A stretch of 64,000 nucleotides of DNA from positions 1,155 through 65,154 of the forward strand of contig JAEZUG010000026.1 of NCBI GenBank assembly GCA_023421135.1, written 5' to 3'. A program made the position numbers and the translations under genes. Under the pieces are notes generated by a model. It saw only the letters and a program-made list of their open reading frames with translations, did no database searches and was not told the DNA's origin. This stretch comes from Candidatus Cloacimonadota bacterium. GTDB lineage: Bacteria; Cloacimonadota; Cloacimonadia; Cloacimonadales; Cloacimonadaceae. This document shows, piece by piece, positions 37,326-46,899 of this stretch. How positions within the stretch are numbered: the first letter of the stretch is position 1; every line of letters begins with the position of its first letter.

Positions 37326-37930
37326 TAAACTATGGTTATCTTGCTCTTTCCGGCATCCTCAGAAGTACTTTTTTCAAAGACCTCTTTCACATAAGGACTG
37401 GTGAACTCACAAGCAAGGATATCGTAAAGCAAGACATCATGATAAGAGCCAGCCATGAAGACATATTGACGTCTTCTGCCAACATACTTGAAGCCAACTT
37501 TTTCATAACACCGGACAGCTCTTTGGTTGTAAGCCACAACTTCCAGGCTGATGTTATTTAGATTGAGTATATTGAAGCCATAATCAAGCACCAGGGCTGT
37601 AGCTTCCGCTCCAATGCCACGATTCCAATATGTCTTATCGCCGATGAAGATGCCAAAGGTAGCGCGTCTGTGGGTATCATTCGCATCATGCAAACCCACG
37701 TTACCAATGACCTTATTGTTATCCTTCTCCACAATAGCAAAGACATGATGATTATCCATCAAACTCTGCAGCGTGCTCTTTTCTTTCCCCTGATCCAGCA
37801 CTCCAGAGGAGAACAGTACAAACTGACCCACTTCCAGGTCGTTTGCCCATTCGGTGTATTTATCCACGTCATCCAGCGAAATAGGGGAGAGGTAACACTG
37901 CGCTCCGCTAAGCTTTCTGTAGTATTTCAT
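37325..37930 (-). CDS. GNAT-family N-acetyltransferase (RimJ/RimL-like)
   Basis: WNRGIGAEATALVLDYGF motif A and a YEKVGFKYVG C-terminal block. Confidence 0.8.
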   Translation of the reverse strand: MKYYRKLSGAQCYLSPISLDDVDKYTEWANDLEVGQFVLFSSGVLDQGKEKSTLQSLMDNHHVFAIVEKDNNKVIGNVGLHDANDTHRRATFGIFIGDKTYWNRGIGAEATALVLDYGFNILNLNNISLEVVAYNQRAVRCYEKVGFKYVGRRRQYVFMAGSYHDVLLYDILACEFTSPYVKEVFEKSTSEDAGKSKITIV

Positions 37931-38110
37931 GATATACTCCCTTTGAAAATAATCTGTTAAACTCGTGAGTCTATACGCTGGAGTTTTCTTCCATTTGTCA
38001 AGATAATTCGCTCCCCATGGTCATTTATTCTTCGATCACATGATGCTGACAAAGGCATTGACAATATCCTGCTTGTGTAGAAAAAGCTCCCCAAGAGGAA
38101 ATGGAAGAAA

Positions 38111-40978
38111 TTGAAAACGAAGATCATCATCAAAGGTGCCTCAGAGCATAATCTGAAGAATATAAACTTGGAAATACCCCGTAATCAGTTAGTAGTATTC
38201 ACTGGTGTGTCCGGGAGCGGGAAAAGCTCTCTAGCGTTCGATACCCTGTATGCTGAAGGACAGCGCCGGTATGTGGAATCCTTATCTGCTTATGCCCGGC
38301 AATTCCTGGGACAGATGGAGAAGCCAAAGCTGGACTATATCGAAGGGCTCTCTCCTGCCATCTCTATTGAGCAAAAATCTGCCAGCAAGAATCCCCGATC
38401 CACTGTCGGAACAGTGACCGAGATTTACGATTATCTAAGAGTGTTGTTTGCCAGGGTGGGAAAGCAATATTGCTATTCCTGCGGAGACCCGGTGGGCTCT
38501 CAAACTGTTGACCAGATGGTACAAAGCCTCATGGAGTATCCTGAATCTACCAAGATCCAGATCCTGGCACCTCTGGCGCAGAATCGTAAAGGTGAACATA
38601 AGGAAGAGCTGGATATCCTCCGCCAGGCTGGTTTTATACGCGTTTTGATCAATGGTAAAATGCGCAGCCTCGATGAAGAGATAGTCCTGGACAAGAAGAG
38701 TAAGCACACCATTGACGTGGTGATCGACCGTTTGGTAATCAAAGAAGGCATCCAATCCAGGTTGGCTGAATCTCTCGAACTTGCTCTTAAGACCTCTGAC
38801 GGCTTTGTGAAGATAGACCTTACTGACAACAAAGAGACGCTGCTCCTCTCTGCCCAGAACTCCTGTTCTAAATGCAATATTGGCTATGAAGAGCTTGCTC
38901 CTCAACACTTCTCCTTCAACAGTCCCCTTGGAGCATGTCCCACCTGTAATGGCCTGGGCTACAGGCTGGAATTTGATCCTGAACTGATAGTTCCTGATGA
39001 ATCACGCAGCATTATGGATGGAGCTGTAAGCCCATGGGGTAGGCTGGAAGAAAAAAAAGGCAGCTGGACTCTGAATACAATTAATAATATGGCCAGAGCC
39101 TATAACTTCTCAGTTGATGATCCTTGGAGCAAACTCCCCCTCGAGATCAAGGAATTGATCTTCCACGGCAGCAAAGGCAAACGCTTCAAAATAGCCTGGA
39201 AAAATGCCCATGGTTCGGGTGAGTTTATGGTGAAGTTTGAGGGTGTGATTCCCCAATTGCAACGCAGAATGCACGAAACCACCTCCGAAGATATGCGCCG
39301 CTATTACATGCAATACATCAGCGATAAACCCTGCCCAGATTGCGAAGGCCACAAACTCAAACCTGCTATGCTGGCAGTACGTTTGGGAAAGATGAACATA
39401 GCTCAGATAACAGCCATGAGTGTGAAACAAGCATACGATTTTTTCAGCAGCCTGAAGCTCAAAGGAAACGACCTTCTGATCGCAGAAGAAGTGCTCAAGG
39501 AGATCCGAAACCGCCTAGGCTTTCTGAATAGCGTCGGCCTCCATTATCTTAGTCTGGATCGCAGATCTCCAACCCTTTCCGGCGGTGAAGCTCAAAGAAT
39601 ACGTCTTGCCAGCCAGATAGGTTCACAACTGGTGGGCGTGATGTATATCTTGGATGAACCCAGCATCGGCTTGCATCAGAGAGATAACAATAAACTGGCT
39701 GAGATGCTGGTGAAGCTGAAAGAACTGGGGAATTCTGTGATCGTGGTGGAACACGACGAAGAGACCATGCGAAAAGCTGATACTATAGTAGATTTTGGCC
39801 CCAAAGCCGGAATCAATGGTGGCGAGATTGTTGCCCAGGGAACGATTCAGGAGATCATGAAGAACCCAAAAAGTCTCACTGGAGCCTATCTCAGCGGGAA
39901 GCTCTCCATTCCAGTTCCCTCCCAGAGGATTAAAGCAGATTCCCGCCAGATCAGCATCAGAGGAGCTGTACACAACAATCTAAAGAATATCGATGTCGAT
40001 ATTCCGATCGGAATGCTGGTCTGCGTGACCGGAGTCTCAGGCAGTGGGAAAAGCTCTCTAATCAACCAGACTCTCCATCCTCATCTGCACAACATGTTCT
40101 ATCGCACAAACCACAAAGTAGGAAAGTTCAGATCTATATCCGGAACAGACCATATAGACAAGATTATTGCCATCGACCAACAACCCATCGGTAGGACACC
40201 CCGATCCAATCCTTGCACCTATATCAAGCTCTTCGATCCCATCCGCAATCTCTTTTCCGAGCTTCCAGCCTCCAAGATGAAGGGCTATAAGCCAGGACGC
40301 TTTTCCTTCAATATCAAAGGTGGCCGCTGCGAAGCCTGTGAAGGTGCGGGAGTGAAACAGATCGAGATGCATTTTATGGCAGATATCTTCGTAACTTGCG
40401 AGGTCTGTAAAGGGAAGCGCTACAACAACGAGACACTGGCGATCAGATACAAAGGTAAAAATATCGCCGAAGTGCTGGATATGGACGTTCAGGAAGCTTT
40501 TGAGTTCTTTGAACACATCCCTTCCATCCGCTCAAAGCTGGGCACCTTGATGGAAGTCGGAATGGACTACATCAAGCTTGGCCAATCCTCAACCACTCTT
40601 TCCGGAGGAGAAGCTCAGAGGATCAAGCTTTCCCGCGAGCTTTCCAAAGTGAGCACAGGAAACACTCTTTACTTGTTGGACGAACCTACCACCGGACTTC
40701 ATTTTGACGATATCAACCGTCTGCTCAAAGTCCTGCGCAAACTAGTTGCCATGGGTAACACAGTGCTGGTGATCGAACATAACCTGGATGTAATCAAGAG
40801 TGCAGATTGGATCATTGATCTGGGTCCCGAAGGTGGGGCAGAGGGAGGGCAGGTGCTGGCTTGTGGTACACCTGAACAAATCTCCGAATTGCCCCATTCG
40901 TACACAGGACAATACCTGAAGAGTCATTTGAATCCAACACCTGTTCCGGTGAAGAAAACCCGCAGCAAGAGTAAATAG
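38111..40978 (+). CDS. uvrA: excinuclease ABC subunit A
   Basis: IKGASEHNLKNI, two ABC modules (GVSGSGKSSL twice, LSGGEAQRI twice), zinc fingers. TTG start preceded by AGAGGA. Confidence 0.97.
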   Translation: MKTKIIIKGASEHNLKNINLEIPRNQLVVFTGVSGSGKSSLAFDTLYAEGQRRYVESLSAYARQFLGQMEKPKLDYIEGLSPAISIEQKSASKNPRSTVGTVTEIYDYLRVLFARVGKQYCYSCGDPVGSQTVDQMVQSLMEYPESTKIQILAPLAQNRKGEHKEELDILRQAGFIRVLINGKMRSLDEEIVLDKKSKHTIDVVIDRLVIKEGIQSRLAESLELALKTSDGFVKIDLTDNKETLLLSAQNSCSKCNIGYEELAPQHFSFNSPLGACPTCNGLGYRLEFDPELIVPDESRSIMDGAVSPWGRLEEKKGSWTLNTINNMARAYNFSVDDPWSKLPLEIKELIFHGSKGKRFKIAWKNAHGSGEFMVKFEGVIPQLQRRMHETTSEDMRRYYMQYISDKPCPDCEGHKLKPAMLAVRLGKMNIAQITAMSVKQAYDFFSSLKLKGNDLLIAEEVLKEIRNRLGFLNSVGLHYLSLDRRSPTLSGGEAQRIRLASQIGSQLVGVMYILDEPSIGLHQRDNNKLAEMLVKLKELGNSVIVVEHDEETMRKADTIVDFGPKAGINGGEIVAQGTIQEIMKNPKSLTGAYLSGKLSIPVPSQRIKADSRQISIRGAVHNNLKNIDVDIPIGMLVCVTGVSGSGKSSLINQTLHPHLHNMFYRTNHKVGKFRSISGTDHIDKIIAIDQQPIGRTPRSNPCTYIKLFDPIRNLFSELPASKMKGYKPGRFSFNIKGGRCEACEGAGVKQIEMHFMADIFVTCEVCKGKRYNNETLAIRYKGKNIAEVLDMDVQEAFEFFEHIPSIRSKLGTLMEVGMDYIKLGQSSTTLSGGEAQRIKLSRELSKVSTGNTLYLLDEPTTGLHFDDINRLLKVLRKLVAMGNTVLVIEHNLDVIKSADWIIDLGPEGGAEGGQVLACGTPEQISELPHSYTGQYLKSHLNPTPVPVKKTRSKSK

Positions 40979-40979
40979 T

Positions 40980-42839
40980 TTGGCTTCTGTTCGTTTTGAA
41001 TACAGTCCACCCACGTCTGGGCAGCACAGCGTTGGACTCTGTGCCGAATTCACAGGATGGAGAATCATAGACATGCCTTCGGAGAATGGCGTGTACAACA
41101 TTGAGTTTGATCTCAAACCCGGCCGCTACCTCTATAAATTTGTAGTTGATGGTTTTTGGATGCCGGATCCTGCCAATCCCTTGGTAGAAGCAGATCCCTT
41201 TGGCTCCTTTAATTCCGTGCTGGATTTTGGCATGGCAGAGCCATTCACCCAAACTAAGAGGCTGGATGATTTCCCCGTGCCTGCCTGGGTGAAAGAAGGC
41301 ATTGTCTATCAGATATTCCCGGATCGTTTTTACAATGGTAATCCGCACTTGAACCAGGATTTCCAGGAAGACTACTATCAGGGAAGCCTTCAAGCACCTC
41401 CAGAAGGACAGTATTTACACCCTAATCAAGAGTATTACCACTTTGTCTCCGACTGGAACGACTCTAGAACCTTAAGTCAAAGTCCCTGGCTTCCCAAGGG
41501 ACGACCAGACTGGTGGTCTTTTTATGGCGGTGATCTTCCTGGTGTGATCCAAAAGCTGGACTACCTGAAGGATCTTGGGGTTAGCATTATCTACTTCAAC
41601 CCTCTTTGGCCAGCAAAATCTAATCACAGGTATGATGCTGCTTCCTATATAGGAATTGATCCTCATTTGGGCAGTCTTGACGATTTTAAAAGCTTGGTGA
41701 ACCTGGCTCATGAATACGGTATGAAGATCATCCTGGACGTAGCTTTTAATCACACTGGAGAGACTTTCTGGGCTTTCCGGGATTGTGTGAAGAAGGGTGC
41801 TGATTCGGGGTATTGGAACTGGTACGATTGGAAAAAGTGGCCTTTGCCAGAGCCTCTGCCCGAAGACTTTAATCCCAAAGACTACTATCAGTGCTGGTGG
41901 GGAATCCGGAATATGCCAGATCTGAACTACGATCTTTCCCGTCAACATCCGGAAGAAAACGAAGTTCACGATATTAGATATGCCTCTCCAAATCTAAGCT
42001 TGTTGGAGTATCTAAAGGAAGTTTGCCGCTGGTGGCTGATAGAAGCAGACATAGATGGGTTCCGCCTCGATGTCCCGGATGAAGTGCCTTTCTGGTTCTG
42101 GGAGCTGTTCAGGGCTTGGGTGCAAGAGTACAAACCGGATGCCTGGCTGGTGGGAGAACTGTGGAACAATGCTCAAGCCTGGGTAGGACCCAAATACTTT
42201 GACTCCGTAATGAACTATGCCTATTTCAAGGCCCCGGTTCATGACTACTTTATCAAAGCCAAGATATCCAAGGATGAGTTCGTTAGACGTAGCTCAGAAG
42301 CCTTCGAGATATACCCCGAATCTGCATTGAAAGCCATGATGAACCTTCTGGGCAGCCATGACACCTGGAGAGTCTGGGAGCTTGATCCCGAAAGAGCCGC
42401 CGGAGTAGAACTAGCCTATCTTTTCCAGATGACATATATCGGAGTGCCTCACATTTATTATGGTGATGAGATTGGCATGAAAGGTGCCGGAGATCCGGAC
42501 AATCGCAGACCCTTCAATTGGAATTGGGAACAGGATGAACAAGCCGCCAGAATTCGCCGCTTCCTTAAGAACCTGATCAAACTGCGCAGTGAACATCGCT
42601 GCCTGACGGATGGAGGATTCGAGTATCTGGAAGATGACATGCTACTGCGTTACAAACGCTTTCATGAAACGGGTTCATTGGAGATCCTGATCAATCGAGA
42701 TCCTGTCTCACTGATTATCAAAGGCCTGACTTATGATGACTTGCAGAACCGCCTTGTTTTCAGTCATGGAACAACCGAGCGGGTGATCAATGGAACCTGT
42801 AGCTTGGGGGCCTTTTCTGCCCTGATACTCAAGAGCTGA
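40980..42839 (+). CDS. GH13 alpha-amylase-family glycosidase with N-terminal CBM48/E-set domain
   Basis: GH13 regions DVAFNHTG, DGFRLDVPDE, VGELWN, LGSHDT. N-terminal FTGW...GRYLYKFVVDGFWMPDPANP. TTG start 2 nt after the uvrA stop. Confidence 0.85.
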   Translation: MASVRFEYSPPTSGQHSVGLCAEFTGWRIIDMPSENGVYNIEFDLKPGRYLYKFVVDGFWMPDPANPLVEADPFGSFNSVLDFGMAEPFTQTKRLDDFPVPAWVKEGIVYQIFPDRFYNGNPHLNQDFQEDYYQGSLQAPPEGQYLHPNQEYYHFVSDWNDSRTLSQSPWLPKGRPDWWSFYGGDLPGVIQKLDYLKDLGVSIIYFNPLWPAKSNHRYDAASYIGIDPHLGSLDDFKSLVNLAHEYGMKIILDVAFNHTGETFWAFRDCVKKGADSGYWNWYDWKKWPLPEPLPEDFNPKDYYQCWWGIRNMPDLNYDLSRQHPEENEVHDIRYASPNLSLLEYLKEVCRWWLIEADIDGFRLDVPDEVPFWFWELFRAWVQEYKPDAWLVGELWNNAQAWVGPKYFDSVMNYAYFKAPVHDYFIKAKISKDEFVRRSSEAFEIYPESALKAMMNLLGSHDTWRVWELDPERAAGVELAYLFQMTYIGVPHIYYGDEIGMKGAGDPDNRRPFNWNWEQDEQAARIRRFLKNLIKLRSEHRCLTDGGFEYLEDDMLLRYKRFHETGSLEILINRDPVSLIIKGLTYDDLQNRLVFSHGTTERVINGTCSLGAFSALILKS

Positions 42840-42845
42840 CTACTT

Positions 42846-42952
42846 GTCTCCCCGTTCCCCTCTCATTCGAATCTTTAGCGATCCCTTAGCGATTCTTTAG
42901 CGATCCTTTAGCGAAAGCTAAGGAATAGCTTATCCTATAGTAAGTTATGATT
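42846..42952 (+). repeat. dispersed intergenic repeat, copy C (best-preserved)
   Basis: GTCTCCCCGTTCCCCTCTC...TTTAGCGATCC CTTAGCGATTC TTTAGCGATCC TTTAGCGAAAG CTAAGG AATAGCTTATCCTATAGTAAGTTATGA. Hairpin CCTTTAGC-GAAA-GCTAAGG at 42905-42923. Confidence 0.75.
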
Positions 42953-43121
42953 ACTTGGTGGAATGAGAGACTTGGCTGAGAGATATCTGCATTCATCCCA
43001 TGATCATAAAGACTGGAGAAAGACTTCTGTTGTTATGGAATGCTTAGGTCTGATTATGTTCCCTGAGGATAGGAAGAACTACTTTATGTATGTAAGATTA
43101 TCTTATTGTAATACAGGGAGA

Positions 43122-44012
43122 TCACTTGAACATATCATAAGCGCTCTTCCAGCGTTTATGCACCCAGAACCACTGCTCCGGATTTGCTCTGATGTAACGC
43201 TCCAGAACCTGATCCAGCTCACTCAGGATTAGCTGGTAGTTCTCATCTTTATCTTCAAGCTCAGGATGATAGATCATCTTCTCAAAACAGAAGTTCGTGC
43301 GTTCATCGTCGGTGCGATGTGAGAAGCCCGGAACAATTGGAATTTTGTAGCGCAGAGAAAGCTTTGCCACACCCAACCAATGGGAGGCTGGATAACCCAT
43401 GAAATTGAAGATCAACCCATGTTTCCCGGCATTCTGATCTGCCAGGATAGCCACCATCTCGTTCTTCTTCAGGGTTTCCAGGATATCACGTAAGCCCTTA
43501 CGCATGTCTATAATGCCTACTCCTTCACTGCTTCTGATAGCATCGGTGTAACTATTGAACAGACGGTTTCTTTGTTTCTTGGTTATGACCGCTACAGGAA
43601 TGCCAAACAGCGGGAAGACTCTGGCTGCCTCCCAGTTACCATAATGTGCAGTCCCCAGGATAACTCCTCTGCCCAGGGCAAAGGCTTCATCACAGTTCTC
43701 TCTTCCGGTTGTGAAGCTTCTGGCATACATCTCCTTAGCGGAGAGCAGATACTCCTCGGCTGCGTTCAGAGCCATCATGCGGTAGTGTTTGCGCAGGACT
43801 GCGTGTCTTTGGACTTTGTCCAGCTCGGGCATGGCTTTCTCCAATTGGATCAATGCCACTTCTTTGCGAATTCCTATCCGGTAACCAATCAGGTCAAAGA
43901 GCCCGCAAAGGATTTCCTTGGCCCGGGGGTAGGGAAGAGCTTTCAGCACCCCAATGGCTCCTCTGAAAGCGATGTATTCCAGCCTGTTCTGGATCTTTCG
44001 GGAGAGTTTCAT
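43122..44012 (-). CDS. lysophospholipid/lipid A (LpxL/HtrB-family) acyltransferase
   Basis: ...GVILGTAHYGNWE (HX4D/E-type block)...ILADQNAG...PGF. Start set at ATG 44012, which forms an ATGA overlap with the upstream stop. Confidence 0.7.
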   Translation of the reverse strand: MKLSRKIQNRLEYIAFRGAIGVLKALPYPRAKEILCGLFDLIGYRIGIRKEVALIQLEKAMPELDKVQRHAVLRKHYRMMALNAAEEYLLSAKEMYARSFTTGRENCDEAFALGRGVILGTAHYGNWEAARVFPLFGIPVAVITKKQRNRLFNSYTDAIRSSEGVGIIDMRKGLRDILETLKKNEMVAILADQNAGKHGLIFNFMGYPASHWLGVAKLSLRYKIPIVPGFSHRTDDERTNFCFEKMIYHPELEDKDENYQLILSELDQVLERYIRANPEQWFWVHKRWKSAYDMFK

Positions 44013-45139
44013 TGACCCAGGAGATCTCGCACCTTGTTCAGTTCGGCAGGTATATTGATCTGTTGGGGACATTTACTGAGGCAAGCTCCACAGTTGGTAC
44101 AGTTTCCGGCTCGGGCAGACTCCGGTATAAAGAGAGTATATTCCTTTTGCGCTCTGTCTGCACTATTGAACATCATGGCCTCATTATACATCCCAAAACA
44201 GTCAGGAATTGCCACGCCACTGGGACAAGGCATACAGTAACGGCACTCGCTGCAAAGAACAGCGATACGCTTCAGATAGGCTCTGCGCACTTTCATATAG
44301 AGTTTGTGATCTTCAGGACTCAAGCTATTGGAACTAGCTGCATCGCAGTAGGCTAGGTTTTGTATCAATTGCTCCAAATCGGACATGCCAGAGAGGATTG
44401 TGGAGATGCCTTCGTGATCCCAGACCCATTTTAATGCGTTCTCCGCCATGCTGATCCCTGGTTTGTGTTTGCTCCAGATTTTACTGATCTCGGGAGGTAT
44501 GGGATGCACCAGTTTGCCACCTCGCAAGGGTTCCATTGCTATCACACCCATAGAGCGTTTCACTGCAAGTTCATAGCCATTTCTTCCAGCTTGATAGGTA
44601 GTGTCCAGATAGTTGAATTGAATCTGGCAAAAAGTCCAATCGTAGGAATCGACTATCTTTTTGAAGGTAGGATAGTTATCGTGGAATGAGAAGCCAATAT
44701 GCCGGATCTTTCCTTTCTTTTGTGCGTCTTCCAAGAACTTAATTACTTTGAGTTTCTTCATTTTGGGCCAGCTTTTACGGTTTAAAGCATGAAGCAGGTA
44801 ATAATCAATATAGTCTGTATTCAGTTTCTCGAGCTGTTCTTCCAGGTATCTGTCCATATCCTTGGCTTCTTTGATCAGCCAGCAAGGCTGCTTGGTGGCG
44901 AGCAGGATACTCTTCCGCGGATGAGCGGAGAGGAACTTGCCCACCAAAGGTTCGCTATTACCACCGTGGTAGGGGTATGCTGTATCAAAGTAGTTCACAC
45001 CATTATCATAGGCATAATTCAGGAGTTCCAGGGAGCGGTCTTCATCGATTAAACCGTCTGCTGTTACAGGAAAGCGCATGCAACCAAAACCAAGGCTGCT
45101 GATCTGATCTTCCGACTTGGGCATTTTACGATACTTCAT
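44009..45139 (-). CDS. aldo/keto reductase with C-terminal 4Fe-4S cluster domain
   Basis: LGFGCMRFP, DTAYPYHGG, then C-terminal CSECRYCMPCP and CTNCGACLSKCP. Confidence 0.8.
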   Translation of the reverse strand: MKYRKMPKSEDQISSLGFGCMRFPVTADGLIDEDRSLELLNYAYDNGVNYFDTAYPYHGGNSEPLVGKFLSAHPRKSILLATKQPCWLIKEAKDMDRYLEEQLEKLNTDYIDYYLLHALNRKSWPKMKKLKVIKFLEDAQKKGKIRHIGFSFHDNYPTFKKIVDSYDWTFCQIQFNYLDTTYQAGRNGYELAVKRSMGVIAMEPLRGGKLVHPIPPEISKIWSKHKPGISMAENALKWVWDHEGISTILSGMSDLEQLIQNLAYCDAASSNSLSPEDHKLYMKVRRAYLKRIAVLCSECRYCMPCPSGVAIPDCFGMYNEAMMFNSADRAQKEYTLFIPESARAGNCTNCGACLSKCPQQINIPAELNKVRDLLGQ

Positions 45140-45145
45140 AGTGTC

Positions 45146-46870
45146 TTACTCCGTTACTTTCAGGCTTACAGTCTTCACTCTGGCAATTCTGACCTTTTCA
45201 TTCATCCAGAGGTCAAACCAATTTGGTTCAAGGCTCTGTACAAAAGCTTTTCGGATATCCTGATAACTGCTCCGGGAAGCTTGTTCCACAGTAAAGCTTC
45301 TTACCAAAGGCACTAGGATCAGATCTCCCAACTGGTAGTACTGGGGAGTTTGTCTCTTTTGAAATGCCATCACAGCTTTGTAATATATATTCGATACATC
45401 AAGGTTGTTGAGGCTATCGCCATAGTTTTGATCCGATATACTAAAGACCTGCATATTCGGGTCTTGCTCCGGGAGATTGTAGAGGGGTTGGTTTTGATCC
45501 AGCCAGATCCGGGCTTGTTGGACGGTGAGCTCTTGTTTTCGGCTATTGACGAGGATAGAATTGATCTCATCCCGAACGGTGCTCAGCGCTTTAGGATCGT
45601 TGTTCTGTTTCTCCTCCAGATGCACGACAATCCAGGCAGATTGGGTTGTGGAAAAGAGGGGTTCAAGATAGGAGCCAGCTACTGCACTGGTCATGCTGCG
45701 GAGGAATTGCTGTTCCAGCTCGGGATTCTCCAGCCAGGGATCCCCGGGAAGCATTCTTTCCAGGCGTTTTGGCACGAGATCCATCTCATCACAGGCATTG
45801 GAGAAGCCTATGCTGGCAGAGAGCTGTCTCAAATTCTCTGCATTTCGTCTGGCCTGTGTGATACTGGTCTCACGAGCCTTGATTGGGATGCTTAGCTTGG
45901 TGAATTTGACCATGGAACGGGTCATATGTTCCATACGATATAAATCTATAGAAGCGGGAGTCCGGAGGGGGGCACTGCACTGCCCGGGCTGAAGATCGTT
46001 GATCTGGTTCTTCAGTTCTGTGGGTAAATCCGGGATGAAGAGGTACCCGGTGTCATAAACGCTCAAGCCTTCTCTGCTGCCCATGCTGCTGCTGATAATA
46101 GATTCTAGGCTGCTTCCTTCGCTGAGGTGTTGCACCACGGTGTCTTGCAGAGCCAAAGTATAGTTCAGATCCGCTTCCGAAACAAGTGCGGGTAGCATGG
46201 TATAGGAGAAGCTGTAGTATGGTTCATTGAGATAGTTCTGTAGGTTAGCATTATAATAGGATTCAATCTCATTGTCTGCTATTCTGATGTTCTGAGCATT
46301 GGAATCGAAGACTAACCAATCGATGGAGGCTTTGCCCTTCAATATTCTGGAGACGTTCTCACGTTCGGTTCTGGTCAGAAACTCGTTATCGATGAGTGCT
46401 TCTTTCAGCTTGAGAATTGGAATCACGTTATCAAAGTAATGCTTGCGAACTGGTCTTAGGTTGCGAGGGCTGTCAAAGTTCAATGACTGAAGGTAGGAGC
46501 TTTGATCGAAGGAGCCATTCACCTGAAACCAGGGAGAGTTACGGATGTATTCAGGAGGATTGGTGCTGAGGCTATCCAGAACTTCTTCATGGGTAACGCT
46601 GATCCTGTATCGGCGGTAGTAGTCCTGAAGTATCACATACTTAGTGATGTTCAGCCAAGTCTGCTGCTCCAACAGTCTTTTTTCTTCGAGATCCGGGGGT
46701 CTGCCATTCTGGGTATAGAAATTCTCGTAATGGCTCCTGTAGGAAGCGATATATTCATCGTAGGGGATACGTTTACCATTGACGACGCCCACACTGTCAC
46801 CAGTTATAGTGCTGCAGGCAGCCAGCAACAGCATAAGGGCCAGGATTGCGAGCAAAGCTAGTTTTCTCAT
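45146..46870 (-). CDS. SurA/PpiD-like periplasmic chaperone lipoprotein (assignment tentative)
   Basis: Lipoprotein signal MRKLALLAILALMLLLAAC. VGVVNGKRIPYDEY resembles a SurA N-terminal domain. I saw no clear PPIase motif. Start set at ATG 46870 with an AAGGA RBS. Confidence 0.4.
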   Translation of the reverse strand: MRKLALLAILALMLLLAACSTITGDSVGVVNGKRIPYDEYIASYRSHYENFYTQNGRPPDLEEKRLLEQQTWLNITKYVILQDYYRRYRISVTHEEVLDSLSTNPPEYIRNSPWFQVNGSFDQSSYLQSLNFDSPRNLRPVRKHYFDNVIPILKLKEALIDNEFLTRTERENVSRILKGKASIDWLVFDSNAQNIRIADNEIESYYNANLQNYLNEPYYSFSYTMLPALVSEADLNYTLALQDTVVQHLSEGSSLESIISSSMGSREGLSVYDTGYLFIPDLPTELKNQINDLQPGQCSAPLRTPASIDLYRMEHMTRSMVKFTKLSIPIKARETSITQARRNAENLRQLSASIGFSNACDEMDLVPKRLERMLPGDPWLENPELEQQFLRSMTSAVAGSYLEPLFSTTQSAWIVVHLEEKQNNDPKALSTVRDEINSILVNSRKQELTVQQARIWLDQNQPLYNLPEQDPNMQVFSISDQNYGDSLNNLDVSNIYYKAVMAFQKRQTPQYYQLGDLILVPLVRSFTVEQASRSSYQDIRKAFVQSLEPNWFDLWMNEKVRIARVKTVSLKVTE

Positions 46871-46899
46871 CTTATGTCCTTTGTTTGTCCAATTCATCT

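Noticed and set aside
42963-43232. 89-aa plus-strand ORF following repeat copy C.
   Set aside because: It overlaps the 3' end of the LpxL-like gene antisense and has no RBS or motif.
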